DNA of 64,000 nucleotides from Nitrospinales bacterium (GCA_965223795.1 CBDCXL010000002.1:256001-320000); one strand, 5' to 3'; positions 46,397-56,296 are shown, counted from the stretch's first letter. Numbers and translations are program-made. The notes: a model not told the origin generated them from the sequence alone.

Positions 46397-48751
46397 TCAT
46401 TGCCACTGTGCGGCGCGCACAGGGTGTCGGGTGTCGATTTGAACGTTCGCCAAGCGTTCTCCGGAGCGCACTGAATAGGTGCCAAACCGGAGCTTTTCAA
46501 ACACCACGAAACCGTCGAACTCGCTGTACCTGGATTCGACGACGCGGTCTTCCTGAATCAGTTCCACCAGCGTGCCGGGTTCCGACACCGCTTCGATCTC
46601 GCCGGTTTCCCAGACCGGCACGTCCACCACGACGGGCTGGCCGGGATGCGGGCGCACGTTGAACGGCGGTGCGGCGATCCAGAACGGATCGACGAGCGAT
46701 TTTTCCTCCACCTGGACCACGGTCAATTTGTACGGCGGCCGCTTGAGCGTCGTCATGCCGTTTGCGTCGGTGGCCTGCGCGCCGCCGCGCACCAGGCGCA
46801 CGCCTTCCAGCGGCTCGTCGCCCTGGTTGAACACGCCGTCGTCGTTTTTGTCCATGAACACGCGCACGTCCACCCGGCCGACATTGGTGGCCGGTTTGCT
46901 GGCGATTTCATAGCTGCCCGATGAGGACGGCGACAGCGAGAACGTCACCGATGCCACGACGCGGAGGTCCTCGCTGTTCGAATGGCTGCCGGTCAACCCG
47001 AGCGCGGCTTTCTTGACGTCCCAGAAGATGCCGGTGCTCACTGCATAATCGTCGCCGCCGTTCACGGAACGGCTGGCGTTCACGCGGGTGCGCAGATCCC
47101 GGCTGAAATGGTAGTCGGCGGTGCCGGAAACCCGCTGCAGCTCGGCGAGCGGCTTGACGCCGTAATCCAGGGTGCCGCGCAGCAGAAGATCGCGCGCCGG
47201 CCGACCGGAAGCCAGAAGGCTGCCGCGCACCACCTGCTGGCCGTCGATGTTGGCGATCAGGCGGTTGGTGAGCAGCACGCCCGCGGCGCTTGCCGAGGTG
47301 CGGCCGGCCAGTTCGTAGAACGTGCGGCCGCGGGTGTTGGTCTCGCGTTCGGCGGTGATGCCGGCGGACAGCCAGCCGAACCAGCGGTCCAGCCGCAGCG
47401 AGTCGCGGCGCACCAGTTCGCGTTCGCGCTCGGTCTTAAGATCGAAAAATTCCACGTGCGCATATTGCGCGTCCAGCCCGAGAAAGCGGCGCTGCACGCC
47501 CAGCTGCACACCCAGCCCGCCCGCGGTGCTGGTGATCAGGTCCAGCCGTTCGGACGCGCCGAAGTAGGCGCCGCGCAAACCGAATTTGGCGAACAGCTGT
47601 TTGCGGTCGCCGGGTACCGGGATCGACGCCAGCGACGCGGCCAGTGTCAGCTTGGAGGTGAGGCCCGCGTACACGTCGCCGGTCACTCTGAGATCGCGGA
47701 TGTCGTCGCGGGTCTGGATGTCGCGGCCGAGAAACAGCGTCTCGCCCTGCTCGACCATGCCGACGCTGGCCCACACCCGTCCCTCGGGGACCATGTGCGC
47801 GCCGATGCGCACGCGCCGTTTGCTTTCGCGCAGCTGGCCCTGCGGACCGTAAAACTTGAGCGTGATGTCGTTGTCGCCGATGAGCAGCGGCACGTCGTCG
47901 AACACGAAGCGGCCGCTGCCGTCGTCTTTCCTGAAATCCAGCAGCGTGTCCTTGCGGTACAGCTCCACCTCCCATCCCGGTTCCAGATCGCCTTCGATGG
48001 TTTCGCTGTCGAACCGGGAACCGCGCTCGACGGGGAACGTGGAAAACAGATAGCCCCGGCCCGCCTCGCCGCGGGCGATGAGATCCACCGGCGGCGCGAA
48101 CACGTCACCCAGTCTCAAAGACCAGTCCGGCTGCACCCGCTCCCAGGAGACGCGCAGCGAATCGAGTTTTTCCTCGAAGCCGATGGCCTGCAGCCGCGTC
48201 AATCCGTACAACCCTTCCGAAACACCGGCCACCGAATAGGAGAAACGCTCGGTGCCGTTCTTCTCATAGATCGCGGCCACGTCCACCGCGGGCAGCCCGA
48301 ACAATTTGTAGGCAAGCGGCACTTCCGGCAGGCCGTCTGCGCCGCCGTGGGACAGGTATCTCTGCAGGCGCTCGCGTTCCCAGCGCTGCTCGATGGGCAG
48401 CCGCCCGCGCCCCTGGATGAGCAGCGCCTGCGACCGGGAAGCGTATTCGAACCGGGCCGGGAACAAAAGATCGAGCGTGCCCACCCGCGACCATTCGCCG
48501 GCGTTTTGCGGAGCCGTGCTTTCCAGCATCTGAGCGATTTCCTGTGTGCGCACGTACACGCCGTCTTCCCTTTCTGCCGCCTCAATGACTTCGGCGATGG
48601 TTTTCTGGTTCAGTTTCACTGCCAGCAACAGCACTTCCTCCGCGGCCGCCGGGGCTTGCCACAGCAGCAGTCCCAGGATGAAGCCGCACACAGCGGCCCA
48701 CTGCTTGCGCGGGACAAACGCATCCTGTCTGTGTGTTCGCGGCCGTCGCAT
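46397..48751 (-). CDS. Atypical usher-like outer membrane protein
   Basis: Signal peptide; beta-rich; GWEVELYR, F.DVPL..G.N...FYGPQG; C-terminal VF.D.NDDGVF..GDEPLEGV domain. Lies between chaperone and pilins. Confidence 0.75.
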   Translation of the reverse strand: MRRPRTHRQDAFVPRKQWAAVCGFILGLLLWQAPAAAEEVLLLAVKLNQKTIAEVIEAAEREDGVYVRTQEIAQMLESTAPQNAGEWSRVGTLDLLFPARFEYASRSQALLIQGRGRLPIEQRWERERLQRYLSHGGADGLPEVPLAYKLFGLPAVDVAAIYEKNGTERFSYSVAGVSEGLYGLTRLQAIGFEEKLDSLRVSWERVQPDWSLRLGDVFAPPVDLIARGEAGRGYLFSTFPVERGSRFDSETIEGDLEPGWEVELYRKDTLLDFRKDDGSGRFVFDDVPLLIGDNDITLKFYGPQGQLRESKRRVRIGAHMVPEGRVWASVGMVEQGETLFLGRDIQTRDDIRDLRVTGDVYAGLTSKLTLAASLASIPVPGDRKQLFAKFGLRGAYFGASERLDLITSTAGGLGVQLGVQRRFLGLDAQYAHVEFFDLKTERERELVRRDSLRLDRWFGWLSAGITAERETNTRGRTFYELAGRTSASAAGVLLTNRLIANIDGQQVVRGSLLASGRPARDLLLRGTLDYGVKPLAELQRVSGTADYHFSRDLRTRVNASRSVNGGDDYAVSTGIFWDVKKAALGLTGSHSNSEDLRVVASVTFSLSPSSSGSYEIASKPATNVGRVDVRVFMDKNDDGVFNQGDEPLEGVRLVRGGAQATDANGMTTLKRPPYKLTVVQVEEKSLVDPFWIAAPPFNVRPHPGQPVVVDVPVWETGEIEAVSEPGTLVELIQEDRVVESRYSEFDGFVVFEKLRFGTYSVRSGERLANVQIDTRHPVRAAQWQ

Positions 48752-48765
48752 AACAGTTCATCCCG

Positions 48766-49317
48766 TTACAGTTGGTGATCGATGAGGATGGGGATGGTCA
48801 CCCCATACACGATGGTCAGCTGCACACCGACGCCCTGTCCGGGTTTCACTTTCTCCCGTTTGGGAGCCGCTTCGGGGATGGCCTGGACCAGAAGCCGGGC
48901 GGTGTAATCGCCCGTTTCAAGCTCCGCCGGTTTGCGCACCAGAACGCGCACGACCTGAGATTCGCCCGGCTCCAGCGTGATGCGGCGCGGACTGAAGCGC
49001 ACCCATGCGGACGCGTCGCCGCCGGGATCCGAATCCAGCGGCGCCACCATCTTGAGCCGGTAGGTGGTGCGTTCGGCCGCCTGATTTTTCACGGTGATCG
49101 TTTCCGAACGCTTGCGGCCTCCCATGTTCAGCTTGGTGGGAGCGATGAGGAGCCCCTCCCCCACCACGCGGGACTGGCCGAACCCGTCCGCCGGCAACAA
49201 CAGGGTGAAGCCCAGGGAAAGGACCCAAACCGCGGCCATGGGAACGGCAAAACCGCGGCTCTGCCGGGTTCCCGGCCGGACGGCCGTGTTTTTTCTGAAG
49301 TATGCGATCAAATTCAC
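48766..49317 (-). CDS. PapD-like fimbrial chaperone (single domain)
   Basis: LLIAPTK, ITVKN, FSPRRITL.PGESQ.VR, GVTIPI motifs. Start uncertain. Confidence 0.78.
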   Translation of the reverse strand: MNLIAYFRKNTAVRPGTRQSRGFAVPMAAVWVLSLGFTLLLPADGFGQSRVVGEGLLIAPTKLNMGGRKRSETITVKNQAAERTTYRLKMVAPLDSDPGGDASAWVRFSPRRITLEPGESQVVRVLVRKPAELETGDYTARLLVQAIPEAAPKREKVKPGQGVGVQLTIVYGVTIPILIDHQL

Positions 49318-49396
49318 TGTAAATCCCCGCGTTAATCTTATAAATCATTGTATTTAATGAATTAAACAGCATTTTCCGGGATGAATCCCCCTATAC

Positions 49397-49412
49397 AGCA
49401 GAAAACGTGCCA
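49397..49412 (-). promoter_or_regulatory. Putative sigma54 -24/-12 promoter of the pilus operon
   Basis: TGGCAC-GTTTT-CTGCT on the minus strand, 80 bp upstream of the chaperone ORF, in AT-rich DNA. Confidence 0.65.
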
Positions 49413-50096
49413 TTGTTAATGTAAGTCTTTCCTTTAAATATAATTCTTTGAATAATCGGAGGTTATAAATTGAGGCGGGCGATTGGGAACGAAAAAGGGA
49501 GAGGGACCGGCTTTTTTTACCCTGTTTTCAGGAATTATGAAATTTCATAAATGGCATTTCAGGGTAAATCAGTGAATGGGCATCGCCCGGACGGAACTCA
49601 AACCTATTGAACATAAAGGATTGCAGGTCCATGACGGATCTAAGGATTTATAGGTACCCCTTAAGTGTTGTTTTTTGCACGGCCGGTTCTCTTTTTGTGC
49701 TCAGAACCCCGGAGCTGTTTCCACTGTGCGGGCTGTCTAAGTAGGAAAAAGGGTCCCGGCAATTTTTTCCGGTTTTTCGGCGATCGGGACACGGCGGTAG
49801 GGTGTAAGGTGGGAATAACCCGCGATCAGGAAGGGTTTCCGGCAATGCCATGCGGAAGGGAAAAAGCCAGCGGAATGGAGCCAAGCGGGCCGAACTCCAG
49901 TGATTTGCACAAGCCGGCCCGCCCTTCGCTTCAGGTATTTCCTGAAGCCAGAAAAAACTGTTTTTGTGGAAGAAAAAATCCTATATTAATCAATGTGTCA
50001 CCTTAAGCCTCCCCCTATGTCCCCCGGCTTTCGTTGCACATCCTTCAGGGAAATGGAATAATTTCGTATCCACACCTGCAACCGAGGAGCTGGCTT

Positions 50097-51302
50097 ATGA
50101 AAAAGAACACGAAGGGACTTTTTTCAGGCAGAACCGCCCGCCGGACACGCGCACACCTCATCGCCTACGCAGCGGTGGCGGTCCTGAGTTTGGGGCTCAC
50201 GGGAAACGGCGCGGCCGCTCCCGCCTCGATGTCCACCGCAACCGGTACTTCTGATTCCGCCAAGCAATGGGACCACGCTGTCGGTGATTTCGTGCAGCAG
50301 ATTGCGTCAAAGGTTCCCGGCGGTGCACCGGCCACGGTGGGCGTGTTCGACTTCAAGGAAATGCGGCACAACCGGGTCACGGATTTCAGCGCCCGCTTCA
50401 AGGAGGATTTCCTCGGTCATTTTTCCAAGGCCGACGGATTCCAATATAAGGAAGTGGATTTTGCAGGGGACGCCGCCTCTCCCTATGAAGCGGCCCGGAA
50501 AGCGAATCTGGATTATTTCGTGCGCGGATTTTTCAGAAACCGCACGGGCGGGCTGGACGTTTGGTCGCAACTGGTCGATGTGAAAACCGGCCGCATCGTG
50601 TCCTCGGATGCCACACGGATCGCGGGCAGCGCCATCGCGGATCACTACATGGCCCTATTGGACACGAAAAAGGAAGACGAGGTTTCCTACCGCGCGTTCG
50701 GTTCGCCATCGAACTATGAAGACGCCCTCGAAAAACTGCTCAAGATGAAACCGGCGGACTCCAATCTTCCGGTAAAAATCTGGACGGAGAAAACCGAATA
50801 CAAGATCGGCGACCCGATCAAGTTTTTCGTGAGAGCGGAGAAGTCGTGCTACCTGGTGCTGTTCGACGTGAGCCCGAACGGCGACACGACCGTGATCTTT
50901 CCCAACGCGGATTCAAAGAACAATTTCCTGGTGGAGAACGTGACGTACCAGATTCCGCCGAAAGACTCGGGCGTCGTGTTCAAGGTTCAGGGCCCGACCG
51001 GTCTGGAGCGGTTCAAAGCCATCGTCTCGCTCACGCCGGGATTGCCTCTGGATCTCAAGCGCAATCAGAAATTCTACACCTTCGACAAACACTCCCCCAA
51101 GGGCAGTAAGGACATTCAATATCTCGTGAAAACGTTCTCGGATGAAAAGCGGTCGCAATGGGGCGAGGACTCGATGGAAATCGTGATTCAGGACTCGTCC
51201 GAAGTCTTCATGCGCGGCAAGGGGATCACGCTTGTGGACAAACCGAAAAAGCCGATGGACATCATGGGAACGCTGGGCAGGGAAGCGTCACCCAAGGAAT
51301 GA
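50097..51302 (+). CDS. Exported protein: FlgO/CsgG-like N-domain plus DUF4384-like domain
   Basis: GAGGAG SD; signal; VGVFDF...QLVDVKTGRIVSS; VKIWTEK.EYKIGD.I.F, VIFPN, YQIP, GPTGLE. Confidence 0.72.
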   Translation: MKKNTKGLFSGRTARRTRAHLIAYAAVAVLSLGLTGNGAAAPASMSTATGTSDSAKQWDHAVGDFVQQIASKVPGGAPATVGVFDFKEMRHNRVTDFSARFKEDFLGHFSKADGFQYKEVDFAGDAASPYEAARKANLDYFVRGFFRNRTGGLDVWSQLVDVKTGRIVSSDATRIAGSAIADHYMALLDTKKEDEVSYRAFGSPSNYEDALEKLLKMKPADSNLPVKIWTEKTEYKIGDPIKFFVRAEKSCYLVLFDVSPNGDTTVIFPNADSKNNFLVENVTYQIPPKDSGVVFKVQGPTGLERFKAIVSLTPGLPLDLKRNQKFYTFDKHSPKGSKDIQYLVKTFSDEKRSQWGEDSMEIVIQDSSEVFMRGKGITLVDKPKKPMDIMGTLGREASPKE

Positions 51303-51306
51303 TTGT

Positions 51307-51353
51307 GTCATCCTGAGCCCTTCGGCAAAGCAGGTTGAAGGGCTCGGCGTGGC
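51307..51353. repeat. REP-like palindrome (degenerate copy) between convergent genes
   Basis: GTCATCCTGAGCCCTTC ... GAAGGGCTCGGCGTGGC. Confidence 0.6.
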
Positions 51354-51394
51354 CCCTACTGTATGAAGGAAGGATTCTCCGTAAAGCCTGGAAG

Positions 51395-54300
51395 TCACTT
51401 GGCGCAGCGGAAACCAATGTCCGAGCTGCGATTTTCGGGCGGCACGAAGTAAAAATTGCCGGACTTCATGAAGCCCGAATCGTCGAGCCACGACCCGCCG
51501 CGCAGGATCTTGTTCTTGTCGTCGTGGGCGTCTTCCATCCATTCCCAGACATTGCCCACCATGTCATAGAGACCGAATTTGTTGGGCGGGAAGCTTCCCA
51601 CGGGCGCGGTTTTGCGGCCGTCGAACTTGCTGCCGCAGCCGTCGCAGCTGGCCATGTTCTTTTTGAGGGAATCGCCCCAATAGTATGCAGTTCGGGTTCC
51701 GGCGCGGGCCGCCTTCTCCCACTCGATGCTGGTCGGCAGACGCTTGCCGATGCGTTTGCAGTACTCCTTCGCCTCGGCCCAGGTCACTTTCTCGACGGGC
51801 AGATTCGCCCCCTTGAAATGGGACGGGTTGTTGCCCATGACCTTCTCGTAGTCTTCCTGTGTCGTTTCATACGCGTCGATGTAGAACGACTGCGCAAACG
51901 TGTTTTTGAGGGAACCGGCTTCCCCGGCGGCGAATTTACCGGACGGGATGAGGATCATCCCGCGGGTGCCGGTGTTGCGGGCCGGGCGGGATTGTTTCTT
52001 CTGCTTGGGATCGACACGGGCGGTGGTCAGGCGTTTTCCACCCGAGGACGCCTGCATGGCGGCGCTCTGCGAGCGGACGCAGCGGAAGCCGATGTCGCCG
52101 CTGCGGTTTTTGGGCAGCACGAAATACGAACCGTCCGGCGTCACGAAACTGGAATCGTCCATCCACGACCCGCCGCGCAGGAATTTATATTTTTTGTCGT
52201 GGGTCTCGTCGATCCACTCCCAGACATTGCCCACCATGTCGTAGAGACCGAATTTGTTGGGCGGGAAGCTTCCCACGGGCGCGGTCTTGAGGCCGTCGAA
52301 CTTGCTGCCGCAGCCGTCGCAGTTGGCGCGGTTCTTGCCGAGGTCGTTGCCCCAGTAGTATTTCGAGGCGGTGCCGCCGCGCGCGGCTTTTTCCCATTCC
52401 TCCGCAGTGGGCAGGCGTTTGCCGACACGTTTGCAGTACTCCTTCGCCTCGGCCCAGGTCACTTTCTCGACGGGCAGATCCGCTCCCTTGAAATGGGACG
52501 GGTTGTTGCCCATGACCTTCTCGAAATCTTTCTGTTTCACTTCATAGGTGTCGACGTAAAACGCGCCGAGCGATTTTTTCTCGAAGGCCCCGTACTTGCC
52601 CGCGACGAAGCTGCCGGCGGGGATCAGCACCATGTTGTCGAACCCGCTCGATTTTTTCTCATCCTTTGAACTTTGAGGTTCGAGCTTGGCCATTTTCATT
52701 TCCCGCTCGCGCGCTCTTTGCGCCCGCTGCTTGCGGCGCGCTTCGCGTATCTTGGAGATGCGCTGCTGTTCGGCGAGACGCTCGGCTTCTGCACGCTTGT
52801 TTTCCTCGGCGGCGCGCTCTTTCTCCCGGCGCTGGTTTTCGGCCTGCTGGGTCCGGCGCTTCTCTTCTTCCCGCTGCGCCCTCACCGCTTCGCGCTGCTT
52901 CTCTTCCCGGATTTCCTTGATCTTGAATTGCGCGAATTCCTTTTTGGGATTGTTGTCGGGATATTTGCTCAAAAACGCTTCCCAGGCGGACACCCGGTCC
53001 TGCACCGACACGTTTTTCTGATCGAGGCTCATCACCCTGGCGAACTCGGATTCGATCTCATTCTTGCGCTGGCTGGATTTCAACTCCTGCAGCTTTTTCT
53101 GAGCCAGATCGAGGCGCGGGTTGTTGTCGGGATACTTGCTGATGAAATCCTCCCAGGAGGCGATCTTCTGATCCACCGGTCCCTTGCCCTGATCGAGTTC
53201 CATCAGGTGCGCGAAGCGGGTTTCGATCTCTTTCTCGCGCGGGTCCACCTCCGGCTCTCCCTTGAGGACGCGCAGAATGCGCCGCGCTTCGTCCACCCGC
53301 GGGTTGTTGTCGGGATACAGGTTGATGAAGTCCTTCCAGAGCTTGATCTTGGTGTCACTGGACACGGAGGACTCGTCGAATTTATCCAGCTCCTTCAGCT
53401 TCAGGTAATGGTTTTCGATTCTGCGGCTGCGGTCCCCGCGTCCGGTGTCTCCGTCATTCTGCACCATCGCGTAAAGCTGATCGATCAGGAGCTCGTGGCC
53501 GCTCTGGACGCGCTCCGCCACCGTTTCCTGGTAAGCGTCCGCCGGCAGGTCGATGGGAAACACGAAATCGCCCTTATTGAGAAAACGGTTCTGGATTTTT
53601 CCGTATCGCGGGGTCTGGGTGCGGCGGCTCAGGTTGGTGACGGTCTCTTCGATGTACACGCCCAGTTCCGTGCCGGTCACGTAGCCGTCGCGGTTGCGGT
53701 CGGCTTCCCCTTCGAGGGCGGACACGAACTGGCGGCGGAAGATGCTGATGTCGGGAACCACCTGGTCGGCGGTGCCGGAACTCAGGAACTGCCGCACGGG
53801 TTTCCCGGTGCGCTGCTGGATGTCCTGCGGGATCGCGCGGCTGAGCCCGAACAGTGTGCCGGAAAAGCAGCTGTCGAACACGAACATCGCGTGCTTGGAT
53901 TCGATGGTCAGCGCGATGCCCTGAATGGACTGCATGCTGACGGAATGCTCAAAAAAACGGGTGAGGTCTTCCTTGGGGCTGGGGGCTTCGCGGGCGACGA
54001 TGTAGCCCATCCATTCTTCCGGGTCGCTGGTCGCGTATTTGGGCTTGTGGGTGTGGCCGTGGCCGGCAAAATAAAACAGCAGCCGGTTTTCCGGATTGAG
54101 ACCGTATTCGAGAACGAAATCCTTGAAGGCGGCTTCCAGTTCCCTGCGGTTGGGATCCATGACGACCCGTACCTGAAAGCCGACTTTGCGGAGCACTTCA
54201 CTGACGGCTTTGACGTCTTTTTTCACTCCCGGCAACCGGGGCCAGCCGCCGTTGTACTCGCTGACGCCGACGACCAGAGCGTGGCTTTCGCGATAAAGCG

Positions 54301-54442
54301 CGATCTGGTTGCCATTCTGGTCGACGACCGGCATCGCAACGACGCCGCGGGAGGCGGCGAACGCCTTGGGAAACTCTCCTGATAAAAAAGCCACCAGTAT
54401 GAGGAAGCCAGCGAATCCGATTGAAAAACAGACTCTTTTCAT
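51395..54442 (-). CDS. Exported caspase-family (C14) protease with helical repeats, coiled coil and two FGE-sulfatase-like domains
   Basis: Signal/TM; ALVVG..Y, YFAGHG, FDSCFSG; three YPDNNP repeats; two copies of RLPT..EWEKAAR / FGLYDMVGNVWEW / RGGSW / IGFRC. Confidence 0.9.
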   Translation of the reverse strand: MKRVCFSIGFAGFLILVAFLSGEFPKAFAASRGVVAMPVVDQNGNQIALYRESHALVVGVSEYNGGWPRLPGVKKDVKAVSEVLRKVGFQVRVVMDPNRRELEAAFKDFVLEYGLNPENRLLFYFAGHGHTHKPKYATSDPEEWMGYIVAREAPSPKEDLTRFFEHSVSMQSIQGIALTIESKHAMFVFDSCFSGTLFGLSRAIPQDIQQRTGKPVRQFLSSGTADQVVPDISIFRRQFVSALEGEADRNRDGYVTGTELGVYIEETVTNLSRRTQTPRYGKIQNRFLNKGDFVFPIDLPADAYQETVAERVQSGHELLIDQLYAMVQNDGDTGRGDRSRRIENHYLKLKELDKFDESSVSSDTKIKLWKDFINLYPDNNPRVDEARRILRVLKGEPEVDPREKEIETRFAHLMELDQGKGPVDQKIASWEDFISKYPDNNPRLDLAQKKLQELKSSQRKNEIESEFARVMSLDQKNVSVQDRVSAWEAFLSKYPDNNPKKEFAQFKIKEIREEKQREAVRAQREEEKRRTQQAENQRREKERAAEENKRAEAERLAEQQRISKIREARRKQRAQRAREREMKMAKLEPQSSKDEKKSSGFDNMVLIPAGSFVAGKYGAFEKKSLGAFYVDTYEVKQKDFEKVMGNNPSHFKGADLPVEKVTWAEAKEYCKRVGKRLPTAEEWEKAARGGTASKYYWGNDLGKNRANCDGCGSKFDGLKTAPVGSFPPNKFGLYDMVGNVWEWIDETHDKKYKFLRGGSWMDDSSFVTPDGSYFVLPKNRSGDIGFRCVRSQSAAMQASSGGKRLTTARVDPKQKKQSRPARNTGTRGMILIPSGKFAAGEAGSLKNTFAQSFYIDAYETTQEDYEKVMGNNPSHFKGANLPVEKVTWAEAKEYCKRIGKRLPTSIEWEKAARAGTRTAYYWGDSLKKNMASCDGCGSKFDGRKTAPVGSFPPNKFGLYDMVGNVWEWMEDAHDDKNKILRGGSWLDDSGFMKSGNFYFVPPENRSSDIGFRCAK

Positions 54443-54879
54443 TTCATTGTCCCCGAACCGGGATCCTGCCGCCGTTGAAAGTTATGGTGAACGATTTCAT
54501 GGCTGAGCCATGAAAAAATATTACAAAAGCCCTCCTGCCCGGACGCGTTTTCAACGATCCCGGCTGCGAAACAGAAGAATTTCTACCTGGTTCTCTTTAT
54601 TTATAATGCCTGCCTGAATGCGGTTCAACCTAAAGTTAACACATTCTTTCAATTAAGATTCCACCTTTTTCCCGTTCGGACGGCCGGAAAGGATTTCCTC
54701 TGTAAACTCATGGATTTCGCCCGCATTTCTGTTTACAGATACATTCTCTTTATATCGCCGAAGACCGTCCGATGGCCTACGCCTGCTGCTGAGACTGTTC
54801 AGCCACGTGCCGCTAGGAAGCGCATTGAAAATGTGGTACAGAAGTGATGCGCTTTTTTCAGTGAACGCACAGGACACGC

Positions 54880-55071
54880 ATGCAAAGAAATCCCGGCCTC
54901 CGCACGATATTCATCATCTTCTGGGTGATCGGTTCGATCTTCTGGGTCCTGATCGGCGCGCTGGACGGCAATTTCGTCCGCAGCCTGATCTACATCGGCA
55001 TCGGCTGGGTGATCATCCTGACCTACCTGTCGGTCAAGGATTCGGTCAGCAAGGAAGACCCGGAAGACTGA
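54880..55071 (+). CDS. Small two-TM membrane protein
   Basis: AGGA SD; two hydrophobic helices; GC3-rich codon usage. Confidence 0.65.
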   Translation: MQRNPGLRTIFIIFWVIGSIFWVLIGALDGNFVRSLIYIGIGWVIILTYLSVKDSVSKEDPED

Positions 55072-55237
55072 ACTTTTAGTATTTTAGTAGAGGACCTCGG
55101 ATAGTTCGATACGTCTCCGGCAGACAACTCGCGGCTCCTGCTTCCTAAGGAGTGCTCGTGTCCATTGGAATTTATCTGAGGCGCCCTGTATTTTCAGGGG
55201 GGACTGAAAATGGAGTGCTGGTACTAATGATACTGTT

Positions 55238-55921
55238 TTAAAACCGGAAACTCAACCCCACGCCGAGGTTGTGGCTCTTGTAGCCGGTCTGGAATTTGGT
55301 GAGCGTCACCGAGTTGGTGAATTCCGGGTCGGTGGTGGCGAAGTAGTGGTAATTGGCGAACAGGTCCATGTTGTCGTCCACCTCCAGGGCAAATCCCGCC
55401 TCGAACTTGTACGCCAGGACGAGGTCCTCATCGTCCACCCGCAGCGCGGTGGAACCCAGAACATCGCTGAAGGTGAGCTGCGCCGCGCCGATGCCCCCGC
55501 CCACATAGGGAGTCCAGGGGCTCTTGTTTTCCAGGTCGTAATACACGTTGCCCATGAAGCTCAAGGCGGACACATCGCCGCTGGTGGCGAAGGTCGAGCC
55601 GGCAACGGTGGCCTGGCTGACGTTGCTTTCGCGATACGCCACTTCTCCCTCGACCCTGAGCGAGCCGATTTTCATCCCCAGAGAACCGCTGGCGTGGTAG
55701 CCCTCGTCGAAATCGAAACTGGAGTCGTCCTGAGCTTCCTCCAGAAGCGTCAGCCCCGATTCGAGAGAAAAGTACATACTTTTCTTTTGCCCGGCGTGTG
55801 CCAGCCCGAACGACAACACGATCCACAGCGCGGCCCAAGCCGCCAGCACAGGGCGGGTAAGGCGGTGCACCGCAGCGGACCCCGGCAAACCGGGCCGATC
55901 TTTGGGATCGTCGTTGAACAT
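55238..55921 (-). CDS. Eight-stranded outer membrane beta-barrel (OmpA-TM/opacity-like)
   Basis: RVEGEVAYR, FMGNVYYD, TPYVGGGIG, C-terminal GVGLSFRF. Start uncertain. Confidence 0.85.
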   Translation of the reverse strand: MFNDDPKDRPGLPGSAAVHRLTRPVLAAWAALWIVLSFGLAHAGQKKSMYFSLESGLTLLEEAQDDSSFDFDEGYHASGSLGMKIGSLRVEGEVAYRESNVSQATVAGSTFATSGDVSALSFMGNVYYDLENKSPWTPYVGGGIGAAQLTFSDVLGSTALRVDDEDLVLAYKFEAGFALEVDDNMDLFANYHYFATTDPEFTNSVTLTKFQTGYKSHNLGVGLSFRF

Positions 55922-56216
55922 GAAGCTATCGGGATTCCTGTTTTTTTGCGAAGAAAACGGACCTTCGCATCGCGTCTCTGGGGGAAGCTCTAATTTACAT
56001 TCCATGCGCTCGCTTTGTCCATCATAAACTTGCGATTTTTGTGGCTGCCGCGAAAAAATCAACGCCTGTGTCCGCCATCCAGAGCGGGGAGATGGACTGC
56101 TTCCCCTGCACTTCCCGGCGCGATGCCATGCATGGTCCGGGCACGCCGGCCATGCCCTTCCGCCGCGCGCACCCCCTAACCCCTTATATGTGAGCTGGTT
56201 ACTCAGCCCCTCGTTT

Positions 56217-56232
56217 TGGCACAGCCTCTGCA
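56217..56232 (+). promoter_or_regulatory. Putative sigma54 -24/-12 promoter
   Basis: TGGCAC-AGCCT-CTGCA, 65 bp upstream of the small ORF at 56297. Confidence 0.55.
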
Positions 56233-56296
56233 CTTGTGAGAGTAGCGAGCCGATGAGGCCGCGATGACATGAACTCTCAACTCAGGAGGCAGCGGC

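Noticed and set aside
51395..52640. Diversity-generating retroelement (FGE/CLec target with TR/VR-like duplication)
   Set aside because: Both copies are in-frame whole domains, differences are not confined to adenines, and no reverse transcriptase is present in the window.
55922..56233. 104-aa N-terminal extension of the beta-barrel ORF
   Set aside because: It precedes the signal-like segment and spans a divergent promoter region; probably not translated.
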